From Clostridium merdae (GTDB lineage: Bacteria > Bacillota > Clostridia > Oscillospirales > Acutalibacteraceae), in the NCBI RefSeq assembly GCF_900176635.1, contig NZ_FXLN01000003.1:545374-609373 (forward strand): 64,000 nt of DNA. The letters are read 5' to 3'. The notes below the pieces were generated by a model, which made no database searches, was not told the origin of the DNA, and saw only the letters and a program-made list of their open reading frames with translations. Made by a program: the position numbers and the translations under genes. Positions 62,436 through 64,000 of the stretch are shown here, in pieces; position 1 is the first letter of the stretch, and the number at the start of each line of letters is the position of its first letter.

Positions 62436-63734
62436 TTACTTGCCGGAAGAGTTAAGCGCAGAAGCGCTTCCTGTTGCTTGCTCCTGCTGTTCACCAAAAT
62501 TTTCTAAGCGGATTTCATTAAAGCCTAACACATATACCGAGCTTTCGTCCCGTAATGTAATGGCTCGGGCATCCTTTCCGCCACTGCATATTCCCTTTTG
62601 TGAACCACTGGATGCAGTATATGCGTGAATGCTTTCGTCACTCAGCAGCACCGCAGCCGTATCACCATATAGTGATACATCTGTCGCAGTCTCCCCCAGC
62701 GGCACCGAAGCCACTTGCTTTCCCTTTACATCCAGCAGCACAAGGCTTGCAGAGGCCGCATTGGCGTAAGGCGACAGCAATAGTGCCGTTCGACCATTGT
62801 CTACCGAACTGCCAATATAGGTCTGTGAGCCATAGCTGTAATCGGTTTTGCCCCCATTTTCAGAAATCACACTGGTAAGGCGGTCGCCAACAGCAACAAC
62901 AGCTCCATTTTGCCCATAATTGAGCGATAATATTAAATTATCTTGAAACGTAAGCTGAGAAAGCGGCTTGGGACTGCTAAAGTCAAATAAATAAACAGCT
63001 GAAACCATCGCTCCGTTTTTACTGGCTACGCCAGCTACTGCGGCACGGGTACCACTGCGATTCAGGGCTATATGAGTAATGTAATATCCTGAGAAATCGT
63101 AAGTATAAAACGGTTTACCGGTCTCACCGTAGACCGAAAGGCGCGAGTAATACCCTTGGCTTTCCGTTGCCAGGGCAACACGTCCGTTACCAGCAATTGC
63201 ACCGGCAAGAATATCTGCCTCCGCAATGCGTCGTTCTCCCGGCTTGGAAATGCTCTCCACCTGAAAGCCGGTGCCGCCTAGGTTATACACCAGCACGCGC
63301 TGACCCCATGCCTTTGCAACGGGGTTCGAAAAGCTGTGCTGTCGGCGCGTGAGCTCTTTTGCAGTGGAGTTTAAAACAGTAATGGAGGTATCGCTCACCA
63401 CGAACACATTTTTATCTGTGGCAAAAAAATTGCCGGGAGAAATGTTGCGGCCGTTGTTCAACGAAGCCGGGTAGCCGTCCCCCATACCCATGCCCACTAC
63501 CTTGGACTGAATCCAGCCTCCAATGTTTTGCGGGGTAAGGTTATCGAGATTAAACCACACCAAAAGGCCGGCAACTGATAGAAGCAATATAAGTATCACC
63601 CGGTACAGCCAACGGGGCATCTGCGGGAATACGACTCGCTCACGGTGCTCCCGCACATTTGGGTTGCCCTCGCGGTCAAGCTCTTCCAAATCACTTTCGT
63701 CATCTGCAAAGCGCTTTCCCTTTCTCTTTGGCAT
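62436..63734 (-). CDS. Hypothetical membrane-anchored protein with a repetitive beta-rich extracytoplasmic domain
   Basis: Charged N-terminus, one TM (LYRVILILLLSVAGLLVWF), then about 350 aa rich in G/S/T/Y repeats. Its start overlaps the truA stop by 1 nt. Confidence 0.5.
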   Translation of the reverse strand: MPKRKGKRFADDESDLEELDREGNPNVREHRERVVFPQMPRWLYRVILILLLSVAGLLVWFNLDNLTPQNIGGWIQSKVVGMGMGDGYPASLNNGRNISPGNFFATDKNVFVVSDTSITVLNSTAKELTRRQHSFSNPVAKAWGQRVLVYNLGGTGFQVESISKPGERRIAEADILAGAIAGNGRVALATESQGYYSRLSVYGETGKPFYTYDFSGYYITHIALNRSGTRAAVAGVASKNGAMVSAVYLFDFSSPKPLSQLTFQDNLILSLNYGQNGAVVAVGDRLTSVISENGGKTDYSYGSQTYIGSSVDNGRTALLLSPYANAASASLVLLDVKGKQVASVPLGETATDVSLYGDTAAVLLSDESIHAYTASSGSQKGICSGGKDARAITLRDESSVYVLGFNEIRLENFGEQQEQATGSASALNSSGK

Positions 63735-64000
63735 TATCCCATCACTCCCTCATCGTAAAAGACTCGGTTTAAATACAGTCCGCATGCGGGAGCGGTTGGT
63801 CCTGCCGCATTGCGGTCACAGCACTCCAATATTTGCGGAATCTGCTCCGGCTCAAATTTCCCCTGGGCGACACGGAGCAGTGTGCCCACCATAATGCGCA
63901 CCATATTATACAAAAAGCCATCCGCCGCTACGGTAAAGGTGACCATGTCTCCGCTGCGGCTTAGCTCCGCTTTCGTCACAGTACGAACCATGTCACCTCG
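63734..64000 (-). CDS. truA: tRNA pseudouridine(38-40) synthase TruA, C-terminal portion. The 5' end lies beyond the window.
   Basis: FLYNMVRIMVGTL motif and the C-terminal region of TruA. Confidence 0.85.
   Translation of the reverse strand, partial: RGDMVRTVTKAELSRSGDMVTFTVAADGFLYNMVRIMVGTLLRVAQGKFEPEQIPQILECCDRNAAGPTAPACGLYLNRVFYDEGVMG

Overview
This 64-kb window looks chromosomal, from an anaerobic Firmicutes/Clostridia-type genome. GC looks moderate by eye and was not computed. Most of it is ordinary housekeeping and accessory metabolism:
- PFOR, partial
- a CNNM/CorC-family transporter
- a LysR-regulated aldolase / 2-hydroxyacid-dehydrogenase / TRAP-DctM cluster
- a PadR pair and a secreted Ig-like protein
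- asnB-CpXC-mnmA-flavodoxin preceded by an XRE/ImmA pair
- tRNA-Arg(CCT)
- a LanFEG-type immunity ABC transporter with its two-component system and an orphan SBP
- an Rrf2-regulated acyl-CoA-dehydrogenase/ETF/rubredoxin fusion with a flavodiiron protein
- flotillin/NfeD, a CPBP protease, tadA, a bile-salt-hydrolase-type Ntn hydrolase, ilvD, lysS, greA
- ctpA, an M23 peptidase, ftsX and ftsE
- PucR-dpaL-FNT
- an amino-acid ABC transporter, a GNAT, and an ECF sigma with its anti-sigma
- a four-tRNA operon (Gly-Arg-His-Gln)
- a ClpE-like AAA+ protein, a CDP-alcohol phosphatidyltransferase, cvpA and the end of truA

The stand-out feature is an ORF-free segment of about 2.7 kb (roughly 11.1-13.85 kb). 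It contains an ORF-less promoter-to-terminator unit, followed by a tandem array of hairpin-dense units of about 700-720 bp (two full copies and one truncated). Each unit is a large imperfect palindrome built from sub-hairpins, and carries an internally duplicated 56-nt motif at which the array also ends. I could not assign it to any known RNA or repeat family from memory. It is the best candidate here for an undescribed structured ncRNA family or a recombination/repeat system.

Coordinates in the ORF track include stop codons. Several starts were re-placed using RBS evidence.
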